Shown here: positions 1-12,339 of the stretch, piece by piece
How the letters are laid out: each line of letters starts with the position of its first letter
Position numbering within the stretch: position 1 is the stretch's first letter
Source of the DNA: Girardia tigrina
Lineage: Eukaryota
Direction: 5' to 3'
Length of the DNA stretch: 55,606 nt
NCBI GenBank assembly: GCA_001938485.1
Contig: MQRK01227476.1
Location: 1 to 55,606 of the forward strand
Position numbers and translations under genes: made by a program
The notes under the pieces: generated by a model
What the model was told of the DNA's origin: nothing
Database searches by the model: none
Seen by the model: the letters and a program-made list of their open reading frames with translations, nothing else

Positions 1-503
1 CATTAGATTCAAATAATTAATCAAATAACATATCAATCCCATCTGAGTAGGAGAGTCACAAATCTAAACAGCATAAAAACAACAAACTTACAACATTCAC
101 AATTATCCCTCACAATTTTAATCCAGTATGATTCAATTTTTTTTAGTATTTTGTTGCTTTAATTTTAGCTATCACTTTTGTACGTAAGTTTTCAAGAATA
201 TATTTTTTGTTCTTATTTTTATTTACAAAATATAGCTTGTTGAAGTTGTGTTATGGATAAAATATAGAGACAAGAATATTACAAATTGTATATTGTGTTA
301 CTTTCTTCTGATGTCGGTATTCTAGTTTCATTAACTAAACAATTATATTTATATGTTTCATAAATACAATAAATTTATTAAGTCTGTTGGTCGAAACTGT
401 TATAGATAAATTCTGAATCATGCCTTTCAAAATTTAATTTTTTTTTGGGTTTTTCTTTTTGTAAGTTGTAAAAAATTTTATTATACATGAATTATTATTT
501 TAG

Positions 504-3500
504 AAATATCGGTCGAGATTTGAGTAAAGTTCGATTACCTGTAATTCTTAATGAACCATTAAGTGTCCTTCAAGTATGATACTGTTTTGATGGATATTAC
601 AAATATTTTGTTGTACTTAGATGCTTTGTGAAGAACTTGAATACAGTGATCTTCTGGATTCTGCTTCAAAGTCATCAGATTCTTTAGAAAGAATGGTATT
701 TTAAAATAAAGGACTTAAATATTTATAATATGTAGAGTTATTTAGCTGCCTTTGCAATTTCATCATATGCTTCCACTTTTTACAGAGCAGGAACGAAACC
801 TTTTAACCCTGTAATCGGTGAAACTTATGAATATGTTAGACCTGATAAAGGATGGAAATTTGTAGCAGAACAAGTGAGTTCAATAAGTTCTTGATTATTT
901 TGGAGGTATTTTGTTATGCAACAGTTAAATGTGACAATTTTAATAGCAACTGTTTTAATTTTGCCACTTAAATAATTTAAATTACCCTTATTTACATTTT
1001 TTTATTGTAACTTTAGTATCATTATTATATGCATATATTATGGCATTATTATCTGCTTTATTATTTATTATCTATGTTTTTTTATTATTATATTTATTAT
1101 TATTATTTGCTTTTCATCAGTTTTATTTATACTTGTAAACTTTTTTTTATTATTATATTACTTAATTAATTTGTCATCATAACGACATTACGCTGTTATG
1201 ATGATTAGAAATAAAATGTAAATATTTAAAAAAAAAACCAATCATAAATTTATTAATTCCTTACTTTATAATTAGCATTTTTTTCTGACACGAAATAGAT
1301 TTTTTTATTATTTCGTATTATTACCTGAGTCTTTGTTGAGCAGAGAAACATTACTATATTGTGATTTGTCTCAACTGACGAAGACGATACTATCATAATT
1401 ATTGACTTTCATCAATGACATTTTTAATTACGAACTGATTTTCTATAATCCCAAAGAGAAAAAAGAAAGATATTACCGAATCAGATTATCATTTTTATTT
1501 CCAATATCAACAATTCTCATCGCATATACTAAAAAATCCTACTATATTGTCCACTAACAAATAATACTCTATTTGCTAATTGTATTCAAATACCGTTGTA
1601 TATTACTTGTGGAATCATTATTTTTTAATAACTTAATTCTCCTTCAAATTCGTTTTCTTGTTAGTGTGATTTTATAATTATTCTTCCTTATTACTCATTT
1701 TGTTAATTATTATACGTTAATTATAACATTTATTTTAAGCAATATTATTTTTTTATCTTTTTTAATACGTATAAAAGTGAATTTATAGATCGGTTAACTA
1801 TTTTGTTACATATCAGTTCACTTTTATACAGCAACATTATTCATTGTTGTCTTATAATAATAATAATAATTTGGAAACATCTCTTTTAAGATTTTATGTT
1901 TAACATTTTAGGTCAGTCATCATCCTCCGATATCTGTTTGCTATTGTGAATCTGATAATTGGTCGTTGTGGCAAGAATTCAGATTAAAGAACAAATTTTG
2001 GGGAAAATCCATCGAAGCAATACCAACAGGTTCTTTACGTGTTTACTTTAAAAAGTAGGCTTATGGAATGGAATAAAAATAATTACATTTTCATTAAGAT
2101 TTAATGAATCAGTGCAATGGAATAAAGTTACTACATGTATTTACAATATATTTGGTCAAAATCGTTATATAGAGCACTACGGCGATATGAATTTTCAATC
2201 TAATTTTAATAATAGTGCCAAAATTACTTTTCATAAGGTAAATTTACAATTTCTGTCATTATAATTTTCTAAATCATGCTCAATCTTAATATTAACCTAT
2301 TGACCTATTTTTAAGATATGATATTTGCTGAAGTACAAGTTTGAAAAAAAATATTTTAGAGCAAACGAAACTGTGTATGAAATACAATTAAAATTAAGGA
2401 AGAAGTAGAGAGCAAGAAACGCGTGTATAAGGTCTCGGATAAAACAAATTATTACTCTTAAACTTCACCAAATTCTTTTAATATTCTACTCATGTTATTT
2501 GTGATCTGCATTTTACTAATTACTAAAGAGAACGTGTGCCTAGGTTTTTAGTAAAATTGTCTATTTTTATATTAATTATCAATAATAATATTATTATTTG
2601 TTTATGTTTCGTAATGGTTTAAAACGTTACTTCTTTATCTAATCGATTAAGTTTAACAGATTATATCTTTTGATCGAAGACAGAATACGAAAATGAATTT
2701 TTAGGCCTGAATTCAGGGATAATTGAGATATTTTCTTCTGTCAACATTTGAAAAAATTGAAAACTTTCAATTCATATTTTAAAATTATTTCTAGTTTGAA
2801 ATATGTAAGTTTTTTTATTTACGTTTAAATGCTTTTGTTAAAATATATGTAAATATTTGTGTGGAAACCAATGTGATATTTATGAATTTCGAATCTGAAT
2901 TGACGATCATTTATATTAAATGACCAAATTGAAGGTATATATATATAAACATAGAATGTAATTCATTTTTATTGAAAAGATATCTTTCTGAATTAAATAT
3001 ACATTAATTTATATTTTATATTCAAATACAAAAAATATTTAATTCAAGAAATTTAAATTTTCGATTGATACATAAGTTTAATATTCAATAATTAAAACCA
3101 TACTCATAAATAACCGTATCCCATACGTCATTTTATTTAAGAAAACATCGAACCATGTCCTAAGAGCATATTTCAAAAATGATTTAATTAAATTTTTTGT
3201 CAAATATATATTTAAACAAAATTTATTGATAAAAAATAATTAGTCTTAGTGATCATGGTAATAATAACTTATTATCAGCTTTATCATTTCCTCTAAGTCT
3301 CTTTCATCATCAACATTGTCGATGTACCAATAAAAATTACATCAAATTTTCGCAAACTTTATTATACAACAGTCAACACTATAATTTCCCACTCTATTAT
3401 TTCACAAACTATGTAATTTCAAAGACAGTGACAAAACCAAAAAATTCACAATGTTAAGAGAGCATTTTTTTATAATTTCACAGTGTTATAATTTCACAGT

Positions 3501-5300
3501 CTTAAAAACATAATCCCTGTAAAATTAGTTTTTACTATTTAAAACAAAAAACAGCATTTTTATTTAATATAATAATAATCTTTAATAATCTGGAAATGTT
3601 TAAAACCAAGATGTTTTATAGGAATAAACGCAAAAAATGTAGGAATCGATTATTAGATCAATGAAAGCGTGTGGATGAAGGCTAACATTTATCAAAGATT
3701 GCTTCGAAATTTTATGCTTCGGTGGGGAAAGAAAACCCAAAAATTTTATTGTCATTAGATAATGACTCCTCTCATTTTATTAAAACGGTGGTTTTGATGA
3801 TTATTAAAATAATCATTTTGCCCCCAAATAATGCTTCAAAAATTCAAACTCTAAATGCGGGTATTATATCAGCATTCAAAAGAAAATACAAAACATTTTT
3901 ATAAAAAGGTTCTATGAAAATTACAAGCTTTACAAAAATGTTACAAAATAAGTTAATTAGCACCTTTTGCGTGATTGAATATAAAAAAAGAATTTTAGAC
4001 TGATAATAAACCAATTAAATACGAGAGGATATATTTTTAATATCTACTCATACAAAAAACATGTTTGTTACACAATCAACTTTGTATAATTTCACATCTG
4101 TATTTTTCGGCTTTTTTATGAACAAAAAGTGTGAAATTATAGAGTGTTGACTGTATTTATTATTTAAGACATTTACATATCACTCTGTCATCTTATGACC
4201 ATTGTTTCATAAAGTCATTCGTGTCGCCCGGATTTTTAGAATTTTATTGATGCGGAGATTATTGCAAATTTGTTTCTTAATGACATGCAATTTTTAAAAA
4301 ATCAATACATTTGTTATTAGATGGGATATGCTCAGAAATTAACAAAAAGTGATTTAATTAAGAGGAAGAGATTTTAAGTCACTAATCTTATCAATGGAGT
4401 TTAATAAACCGACATCTATAGGTAGATTGTTACTTAAAGGATATATATTGTTACAATTTTAGATATTATGGAGAGAAAAAGAGAGGGGATCAATAGGTGG
4501 GGGAAGTCAAATTTTGAAAGTGGGCTCTTAGAGAACAGGGAAAAAATAGAATGGGGTCTATCTAAATTTATACAATATTAAAAATGAATAGTGTTAGGTT
4601 CGTGATTAATAATTATATTCATAAGAATGCAAAACTTTATTTCTATAACAATTAACAATTATTCAAACAATTTTTGTTGAGGAACTTTTTTTTGTTTGTG
4701 TTACAGTTTTTTTATTTGTACTTCTTCCATAATTTATGAATGATTTTTAACCATTCAATTAGTATATGTAAAAATTAATTTAATCTTACAAAATTACAGT
4801 ATATTATTTTTTAGTCAAATAGCTGGGTGCATCAGAAATTCGAAGTAACTGGTACCGTAAATAGTTCAGATTCCAGGAAATGTCAAATGTTTGGTAAATG
4901 GACTGAAGGTGTTTATGTTGGAGATAATGCACGTTGCATCTGGCGTCCAGGAGCCATACCAAAGGATCACAATAAATATTATGGATTCACGCAATTTGCC
5001 ATTGATTTAAATAACATTGACAATGAATTAGCAGCTACATTACCAAAAACTGATTCTAGATTCAGACCAGATCAAAGATATTTAGAAATGGGACTTATTA
5101 TGGAAGCTGAAACTGAAAAAACAAAAGTTGAAGAATTGCAACGGGTCACTCTATCAAAAATTGGTGGTGATGCCAATTGGAAGCCGTTGTGGTTCAAATT
5201 GCGCAGTGATTCTAAGTCAGACAAATATGAATTTACAAATGAGTACTGGTCAGCTAAAGAAAATCACTTTAAAAATATACAACTTCCAACACTCTGGTGA
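504..5300 (+). CDS. OSBPL3/6/7: Oxysterol-binding protein-related protein (ORP3/6/7-like), 3' part (lipid-binding ORD). Exons 504-573, 621-695, 736-873, 1912-2054, 2099-2237, 4815-5300; the 5' exons lie upstream of 504
   Basis: GT-AG splicing gives one continuous frame: [36 protein letters not shown]...[16 protein letters not shown]...[11 protein letters not shown] (EQVSHHPP ORD signature)...KNKFWGKS...[22 protein letters not shown]...[16 protein letters not shown]...LPTLW*. Introns are 47, 40, 1038, 44 and 2577 nt. AATAAA lies about 60 nt after the stop. Confidence 0.95.
3370..4153 (+). mobile_element. Internally deleted Tigger/pogo-type DNA transposon in the last ORP intron
   Basis: Inverted ends CAGTCAACACT..ATAATTTC (3370) and GAAATTATAGAGTGTTGACTG (to 4153, followed by TA). 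The motif TATAATTTCACA recurs subterminally. ORF 3722-3904 [12 protein letters not shown]...[24 protein letters not shown] matches pogo/Tigger DDE motifs (DNAPSH; LPPNTTS.LQPLD.GII..FK..Y). Confidence 0.8.
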
Positions 5301-6185
5301 TACATGATAAATTATTTCATCTTATTCTCTTTTCAATTTGGCTCAATATGGGTGTCCTAATGAATAAATATTTTTCTGATCTCTATCAATGAATTTCAAA
5401 TTAATTAGACCTTTAATTTTTATTAATTTAAAGAAAACGACTAAGTGAAGCTTTAGCCTTTTTAAGGCATGTGTCTAAACTAGTTGAAAATAGCTCTTTT
5501 ATTCTAGTTTACGGTTTGGTATATGCGATTTTAAAAACGTATTTTGATTTTAAAGAAACAGTTTTATGCTACGAATATGAATTTTATTGATGGTTATTCC
5601 ATAAGCGATCATCAAACTGTAAATCTTTTTTAGACCAAAACATAAAACTTTTAATAAAACAGTATATTTATGGATCTTCTACATCTATCCTTTCATTATT
5701 AGAAATCATATGAAAATAAGAATAAATGTGTATCAATGTCGTTTATCAAAACATTGTTTCTTGCCAATTTGAAATCTGTTGAGATCCAGAAATTAAAAAT
5801 ATTAAAAATATGCTTTTAAAATCATTCACCCTTGTGTATTGAGCCCTGTAAAAGTAAATAAAACAAAAATATATAATAATTATGAAACTGAAATTTCTTT
5901 TGATGTCTGTTCCCTTTCTAGCTTCCCGTTGTTTGAGCAAGGGCTCAGGGTCGCCTGGAAGTTATTAGGGATATAACGTAATTAAATAAAAAATATATAA
6001 TAACAAATTTAGTAATATTGATAATTATTATTTTTTAGCAATCATTACTACTTTTATATATACTATTATTATTATGACTTTCGGTAGAAGTACTATTATC
6101 ATTGCAATAATATTATTATTACTATCATCTAAATAATCAGTATTATGTAAATCATAAGTACTATGTAATATTATTATTTTATTAC

Positions 6186-6831
6186 TAGTACCTTTATTAT
6201 TATCATTATTATTACTAGCATCATTACTATCGCTATTATTAATATTACTATCATCAATTGTTTAAGTTAATATCATTTTATAATCAATTATTATTACAAT
6301 TATTTTTATCATTAAAATAAATTATTATGATTATTATATTTCCCTTTAGTCGAATTTTTCCTTCCTCCTCACGGACCCATTCATTATGGGGGCGCTCCTG
6401 ATTTGGTTGGAAAAGGTCGTATTGATGTTGCAACCACCTCTCACAACCATCATTTAGTATTAATTATTACTATTATTTTATTACTTAATAATAGTAATTA
6501 ATTTATTACTTAATAATAGTAATTACTTAGTACCTTTATTATTATCATTATTATTACTAGCATCATTACTATCGCTATTATTAATATTACTATCATCAAT
6601 TGTTTAAATTAATATCATTTTATAATCAATTATTATTACAATTATTTTTATCATTAAAATAAATTATTATGATTATTATATTTCCCTTTAGTCGAATTTT
6701 TCCTTCCTCCTCACGGACCCATTCGTTATGGGGGCGCTCCTGATTTGGTTGGAAAAGGTCGTATTGATGTTGCAACCACCTCTCACAACCATCATTTAGT
6801 ATTAATTATTACTATTATTTTATTACTTAAT
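6186..6831. repeat. Near-identical tandem duplication (period about 342 bp) in ATT-rich low-complexity DNA; partial third copy near 7688-7740
   Basis: 6186-6490 is repeated at 6528-6831, including the GC-richer core CCTTCCTCCTCACGGACCCATTC...ATTGATGTTGCAACCACCTCTCACAACCATCAT. Confidence 0.9.
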
Positions 6832-7823
6832 CAAGACAATTATAATTTATTATTATTGTCAAAAAAATTACTTTTATTATCATTATTATATATTATTATT
6901 TTATTAGTATTATTATTATTATCATTTATTATTACTTATCAATGTAATCATTATCATCATAATTATTATTTAAATATTCATATTATTATTATTATCATTA
7001 TTATTTTAATTTAAGCATTATTATTATTACTATTATTATAATTACTATTATGAGGGGTTAATTTAAAGTTTTATCTCGCCAGAATAATTTATTATTTTTT
7101 TTATAAGGTAAAATATTTTAATGTTAATATGCTTATTCAATATTTTAAAATTAAAAATGATATAATAAAACAACTATTAAAAAATCAAATACGTATTTAA
7201 AAATAAAATATGTTTTTAATGTGTTTTTTAAATATTTTGAAAAGAATTAAAAATGATATAATAAAAGAAAATCATAAAAATTAAATGTCTATTTAAAAAT
7301 AAAAAATATCTTTTTAATGTATCTATTAAATATCTTAAAATTAAAAATGATAAGAAAACCATTAAACATTTATTTATAAATAAAAATATTTTTATTGTCA
7401 AAACAACTTATATATTTTAATAGAAGTATTAAGCAATTTAAATAAATTTTAAAATAAATTTTTGGTTTTAATGTGAAATGTATTTAATAAATTTGCAAGA
7501 ATTTTTAGTTTTAATGTTTGCAAGTTTTTAATTTTAGTTTTTAATTTGCAAGATTTTAAAAATTGAATCGAAAAGAATTTAATAGATTAATTTGTGGTGG
7601 GATAATTAAATTAACACAAAAATTTGTTTTAAATATGTGAATTGTTGTTATAGAAATAAAATTTGGTGTTAAAAAATGAATTCGGACATTGATGTTGCAA
7701 CCACCTCTCACAACCATCATTCAGTATTAATTATTATTATTATTTAATTAATCATATTAATATTATTAATAGTATTATTATTTTAGTATTACTATTATAA
7801 TATTTATTATTATAGTTATTATA

Positions 7824-9439
7824 TCATAATATTACAAAAAAATAAATTATAAAAAAATATTATAAAGGATAATAAAACAGAACTTACCAAGTTTTATAAA
7901 AAAATAAATAAAATTAATGTGGCATTAATGCCAATTAATGTAGGTGCAAGTGCACCGATCGGGTTGGAGAATGTGCGGTGCAAGCGCACCTAGTTTTGAA
8001 GATTGACATTTATGCCATTAATTTTGATGTAAGCGCATCATTAAAATACTTGAATTTGGTGCAATTGCACCGTAATTCAAATATTACATGACAGGTGCTT
8101 GTGCACCTGTCATGTTTAGTTTCTTTTCCCAAAAAATGGGGAAATAATTTATTAACTTAATAAAATATAATTTTTAAATAAATTTTTAATATAATTTTTA
8201 AATTAATTTTAAATATATTTATTATATAAAAATCTGGTATAAATACCCGTAAAAATTCACACATAAGACACACATAAAACTCATAAAGGAAAATATAATA
8301 TGAAGGGCACGCATAAGAAGGTTTAACATATCTTTAATATCAACCAAAGGAAAGAGTATAGAGAAATAAACGAGATTCTCCATTATTATATCCTTCCACT
8401 GTTATTAGTCGTCAATTGTATTTACTCAATAAAGTTTTCTAGATTTGGTCGTTTATTATTTATTTTAACGATGGGTAATTGTTAAAGTCTCTTGCGAGAA
8501 TATCTGAGAAAATAAATTTAAGGAATCACTTTCGAGATTGATTTTGTTGACGATCCTCAAGAGAGGAAAATTTGCTGAACCTCAAGCGAGGAATAATTGT
8601 TTAAATTATACAAATAGTTGGAAGAGCCCTCTGAACTCAAAGTCAGATTACGTGTCGATACTATAAAACTCAAGAGAGTTAAAAGGTTAATTTCATTGAA
8701 TACCCAACAAATCATTGATCTTTATATAAAGTTTTATTTTCATAACTTTTGTTTAACAATATATCAAGAAGTTGATAATACCTTTAGTTTATTTTGTGAC
8801 AACATGCCCTTTAAATTATTAAAAAAGTAATAAACATGATGTTTTGAATGACATAGACATCTGAGGCTAAGTTCAGCATAACACAAGCACCTTACAAAAG
8901 TACTAGATGGCACATATTATTTATTGTAAGTAACTCAAAATAATCATGAGTATCACATTTTTATCAATCGGATATCAGAATAGACACTTTCAAATTCATA
9001 ACTTCAGTTACCGAAATGATACGTATCGGTTTTTAATGTTTTACTGACTGAGAACGCTTCTCAGAAACTTTCTTCGTTATTATCCTAATATTCTCAATAG
9101 AGTTGTCCGGTTGGTTTTCTAACTAATGGAGAAAGTAAAATTCTTATTTCAGAAATACAAAATACTGGTGTTATAAATTTGATAAAAAGAAAAATGTTGT
9201 AGTTATTGATTTTTTATTGCCGAAAAATCTTTAACGTTTCAAAGATTAAACGAAAGTTTTTGAAAATGATTAAAACTACTCATTCAAAGCCTTTATGCAA
9301 CCAGAAGTGCTGATTGTAATGATCTTCATAATATTACAAAAAAATTAAATTATAAAAAAATATTATAAAGAATAATAAAACAGAACTTACCAAGTTTTAT
9401 AAAAAAAATAAATAAAATTCATTAATGCCAATAATGTAG
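7824..9439. repeat. About 115-bp direct repeat pair (7824-7943 and 9327-9439)
   Basis: Both carry CATAATATTACAAAAAAA...AATAAAACAGAACTTACCAAGTTTTATAAAAAAA...CATTAATGCCAA..AATGTAG. Confidence 0.85.
7943..8115. repeat. Cluster of five 14-bp palindromic motifs (GGTGC-N4-GCACC) with unique spacers
   Basis: Copies at 7943, 7977, 8026 (degenerate), 8058 and 8094. The last extends to a 13-bp-stem hairpin ACATGACAGGTGC-TTGT-GCACCTGTCATGT (8086-8115). Confidence 0.85.
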
Positions 9440-9957
9440 AAAGTTACTGAACTGCCTAGTTGAATATTTTGTTAGAAGGCAAACATTTGTCAGTGATCAG
9501 TTGTTTATAGTTAATCTTTATGGACGAATCAAAGTCATATTTTTCACAACATCGGTTGACAGGAACTTTAGCAGCCCTACAAATTAAAAATGAAACAATT
9601 TCTGTCGCATAATAATAGTTGAATTATAAAATAAAAAAATATTGTCCTTATTTTGTTAAAGCACTTGAGTTGATTTTCCGATTTTATAGATTATCTCTAT
9701 TATTTTAAAGAGAATTCGATCATATTTGAAAATATACAAAAATATTGACAAATTAATAATGCAAAAGTTTTTTAAAAATAAAACTGAACGAAAAAAATAT
9801 AAAAATTAATAAAGATTAATATAAAAATTTATAAAATCAAAATTTTTTGAATTTTGATACATGAACAATTATAATAGAAGTAACTACAAAATTAATATTA
9901 CATTCCATTATATCAATAACATCTCGAACATCAATAAAATTAAATAAATCAATAAAA

Positions 9958-10357
9958 TCAGAAATAACAACACAAAGTATATATAATATATGTATTCAAG
10001 AAACAAGTTTTATTCAAGAATTGTTTCTCTCTTTTCCGCTTTAATGACATATCGAAGCATTTTTCTAAAATATCCATCAAATCAGATGAAGTAATTACCC
10101 CAAATCCTCCTTCAATCAACCTTTTCGATTTCTCTTCCTTTCCAGCACAATTGTTGACAACATAGTTTTTCCATTTAGGTTTTCTCAAAAATTTTAATAT
10201 TTTTTTGAACAACCCAGTAATTCAGCTCCAAAGCATCAGCAATTGCTTTGGTTGAATGGTCTTGCCTAATTTTAATAGCAATTTTCTCTTGGTCTTCCTG
10301 AGAAATTTTGCTGTTTCTTCTATTATAATTTTTCATGAATAAAAAAATCAAAAACAT
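9958..10357 (-). mobile_element. Tc1/IS630-like transposase N-terminal helix-turn-helix remnant
   Basis: RRNSKISQEDQEKIAIKIRQDHSTKAIADALELNYWVVQKNIKIFEKT fits the N-terminal HTH pattern of Tc1-like transposases. No catalytic domain or TIRs found. Confidence 0.45.
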
Positions 10358-10804
10358 TTTTCAACAATTTTGATTTTATTGATTTTATGTAATTTTATTG
10401 ATTTTATTAATTTTTATTGATTAAAATTATATCATTGGAAAAATGATTGCAAAAAGTTCGATAAATAAACTGTTTATCTTTTTATTTATTCTAAATTCAA
10501 TTATTTATATATAAATTATATTTATTTGGATAAAAAGATAAATAAAATCTTATTTTATCTTATTAATTAAAACAAAATTTTTTTTTACTACTTTTATTAT
10601 AATTTCCTCAAAATTCGTCGGGGCAATAAGATCTATGTCCCCATAAATGATAAAAAGAAAACGTACATAAGAAGGAATAGTACATACACTATATCAAGAT
10701 AGGAAAGAATGAAGAAATAATAATCATAAACCAAATACATATAAAATTAAATAAACCAATATATATAAAGATCACAAAAATCAAATATAAAAATCAAGAT
10801 GTTA

Positions 10805-11966
10805 TCAATTATCGTCCGTGAGATCGATGGGGAGCTCTGCGAAAGGATCTGATGGAATTTGATATTCAACTTTGATTCTTTGAGGCGAGAACCACGGCAG
10901 ATCCGTGCCTCGCGGGGCTTGACGAAACTCCACATCAATGTCAAATTTTTGAAGGGTAGGAGGTGTAGCGTGAGGACCACCCTTTTGGTTTCGATTCCAT
11001 AAACAATATCTGGTAAAATCGGTATCACTGTGAAAGTTAGGATTGCCTTTCACAGTCGGAACCGTTTGATTGTCACAGTGTGATGGAAAGGTAAGACGTT
11101 GCTGAGTACACGTAATATTCTGAAAGGGCTGTACCAAGGTGAACGATGAAGACTCAATATGCGAAATTGAGACTATCTTTGCGGCCTTTTCTGGGTGATG
11201 CCCTAATGTGCCCCGTGACCAACGTTTCGATTTAATGATGTTGACCTGTGGTTCCTCAAAAGTTGTTTCAACTATCCTGGCATGAGTCTCTCAAATACCG
11301 ATGTAGGTGCTCCAGATAAGACTTTCAGTCGATCAAGATAAGGCGGTGGAGGCATGACATCTTCATTAGAAGGTATGTAGACTGGGTGTGTTTCCTCATC
11401 TAAGGGGGTAATGTGTATTCACTTTCGCTAAAATTGTCATCTAATGAGGCGAAAAGATCTAGGTCATCGAGGTCATTGTCGTCGAGCTGTTCCATAGCCG
11501 ACTTAAAAGATGTCGTGGAATATGTATCCGATAGAACTTTCGACATTCTCCAATAGTTTGTTTCCAGTCACTCTTCCTCCATAGATGAAGGTGGACCATG
11601 TGTTTCAGGAGGCGAATTCTCAAAAAACTGTGCGGCGTTCGTAGGGGACAATGTATCTATCCATCTATTTTCATTTTTGCGATATATTCGCCACAGGGTA
11701 TCTGTGTCCTCATATGAAGGGTGGCCATGTAATTGAATGTTTTTTATGAAGGATATCCCAAGCCAAAGACTTTAGGCAGTAAAATTTCCCGTTATTCTTT
11801 TTCTTAATGCCATTAACTCAAAAAAAACAACGGCGGACAACTCCTCGCACTGTCGATCAATGATTCCTTTACGCTCTATGGACTGTGAAAACGACAAGTT
11901 ACGATAGCCGGTAGACGGCTGATTTTCAAGAAAAGTCTGTTTAAAGTCAGAATATTTGTTCTGCAT
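10805..11966 (-). pseudogene. Decayed ORF of about 385 codons, unknown family, at the 3' side of the Gypsy segment
   Basis: ORFs 11772-11966 and 10805-11137 join through an acidic/Pro-rich middle (EQLDDNDLDDLDLFASLDDNFSESE...PPPPYLDRL) if two stops and two frameshifts are allowed. GC is higher than in the flanks. Confidence 0.5.
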
Positions 11967-12339
11967 TTTGAAGAGGAATTCCTATGCTGTTTGGGATGCT
12001 GGTTTCATTTTAAATTAAAAGATATTAAATCATCGTGCACGTTTGTACGAATTAGAAGAAAGAAAAAAATAAACAATTTTATAATGAAATATAAAATTTC
12101 AAGGCTCGTACAGCCAAAAATGATTTTTATACCTGCGTCTGTTCTACGTACACTTCTGGCAGGTATTTCCCCAAGGAGGTACGATATAAGTTTAAAGCCG
12201 TCTGTTTCTTTTTGTGTTTCTTATATATGAATGTTATGTGCCATATTATTAAAAAACTAAGTAGAAATAATCCAACACTGATTATAAACGGCCATGTGTG
12301 TAACTGTAAATCTTTATTACCATTTAATTTATAAAGATT

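Noticed and set aside
300-420. Hammerhead-like fragments (CTGATG...GTCGAAAC)
   Set aside because: The core is incomplete and the halves are about 80 nt apart with no stem II.
6745-7014. 89-aa hydrophobic ORF
   Set aside because: Translation of ATT-rich low-complexity sequence within a tandem duplication.
7943-8115. CRISPR array
   Set aside because: Repeats are only 14 bp and variable, spacers are irregular, there are no cas genes, and the context is spliced eukaryotic DNA.
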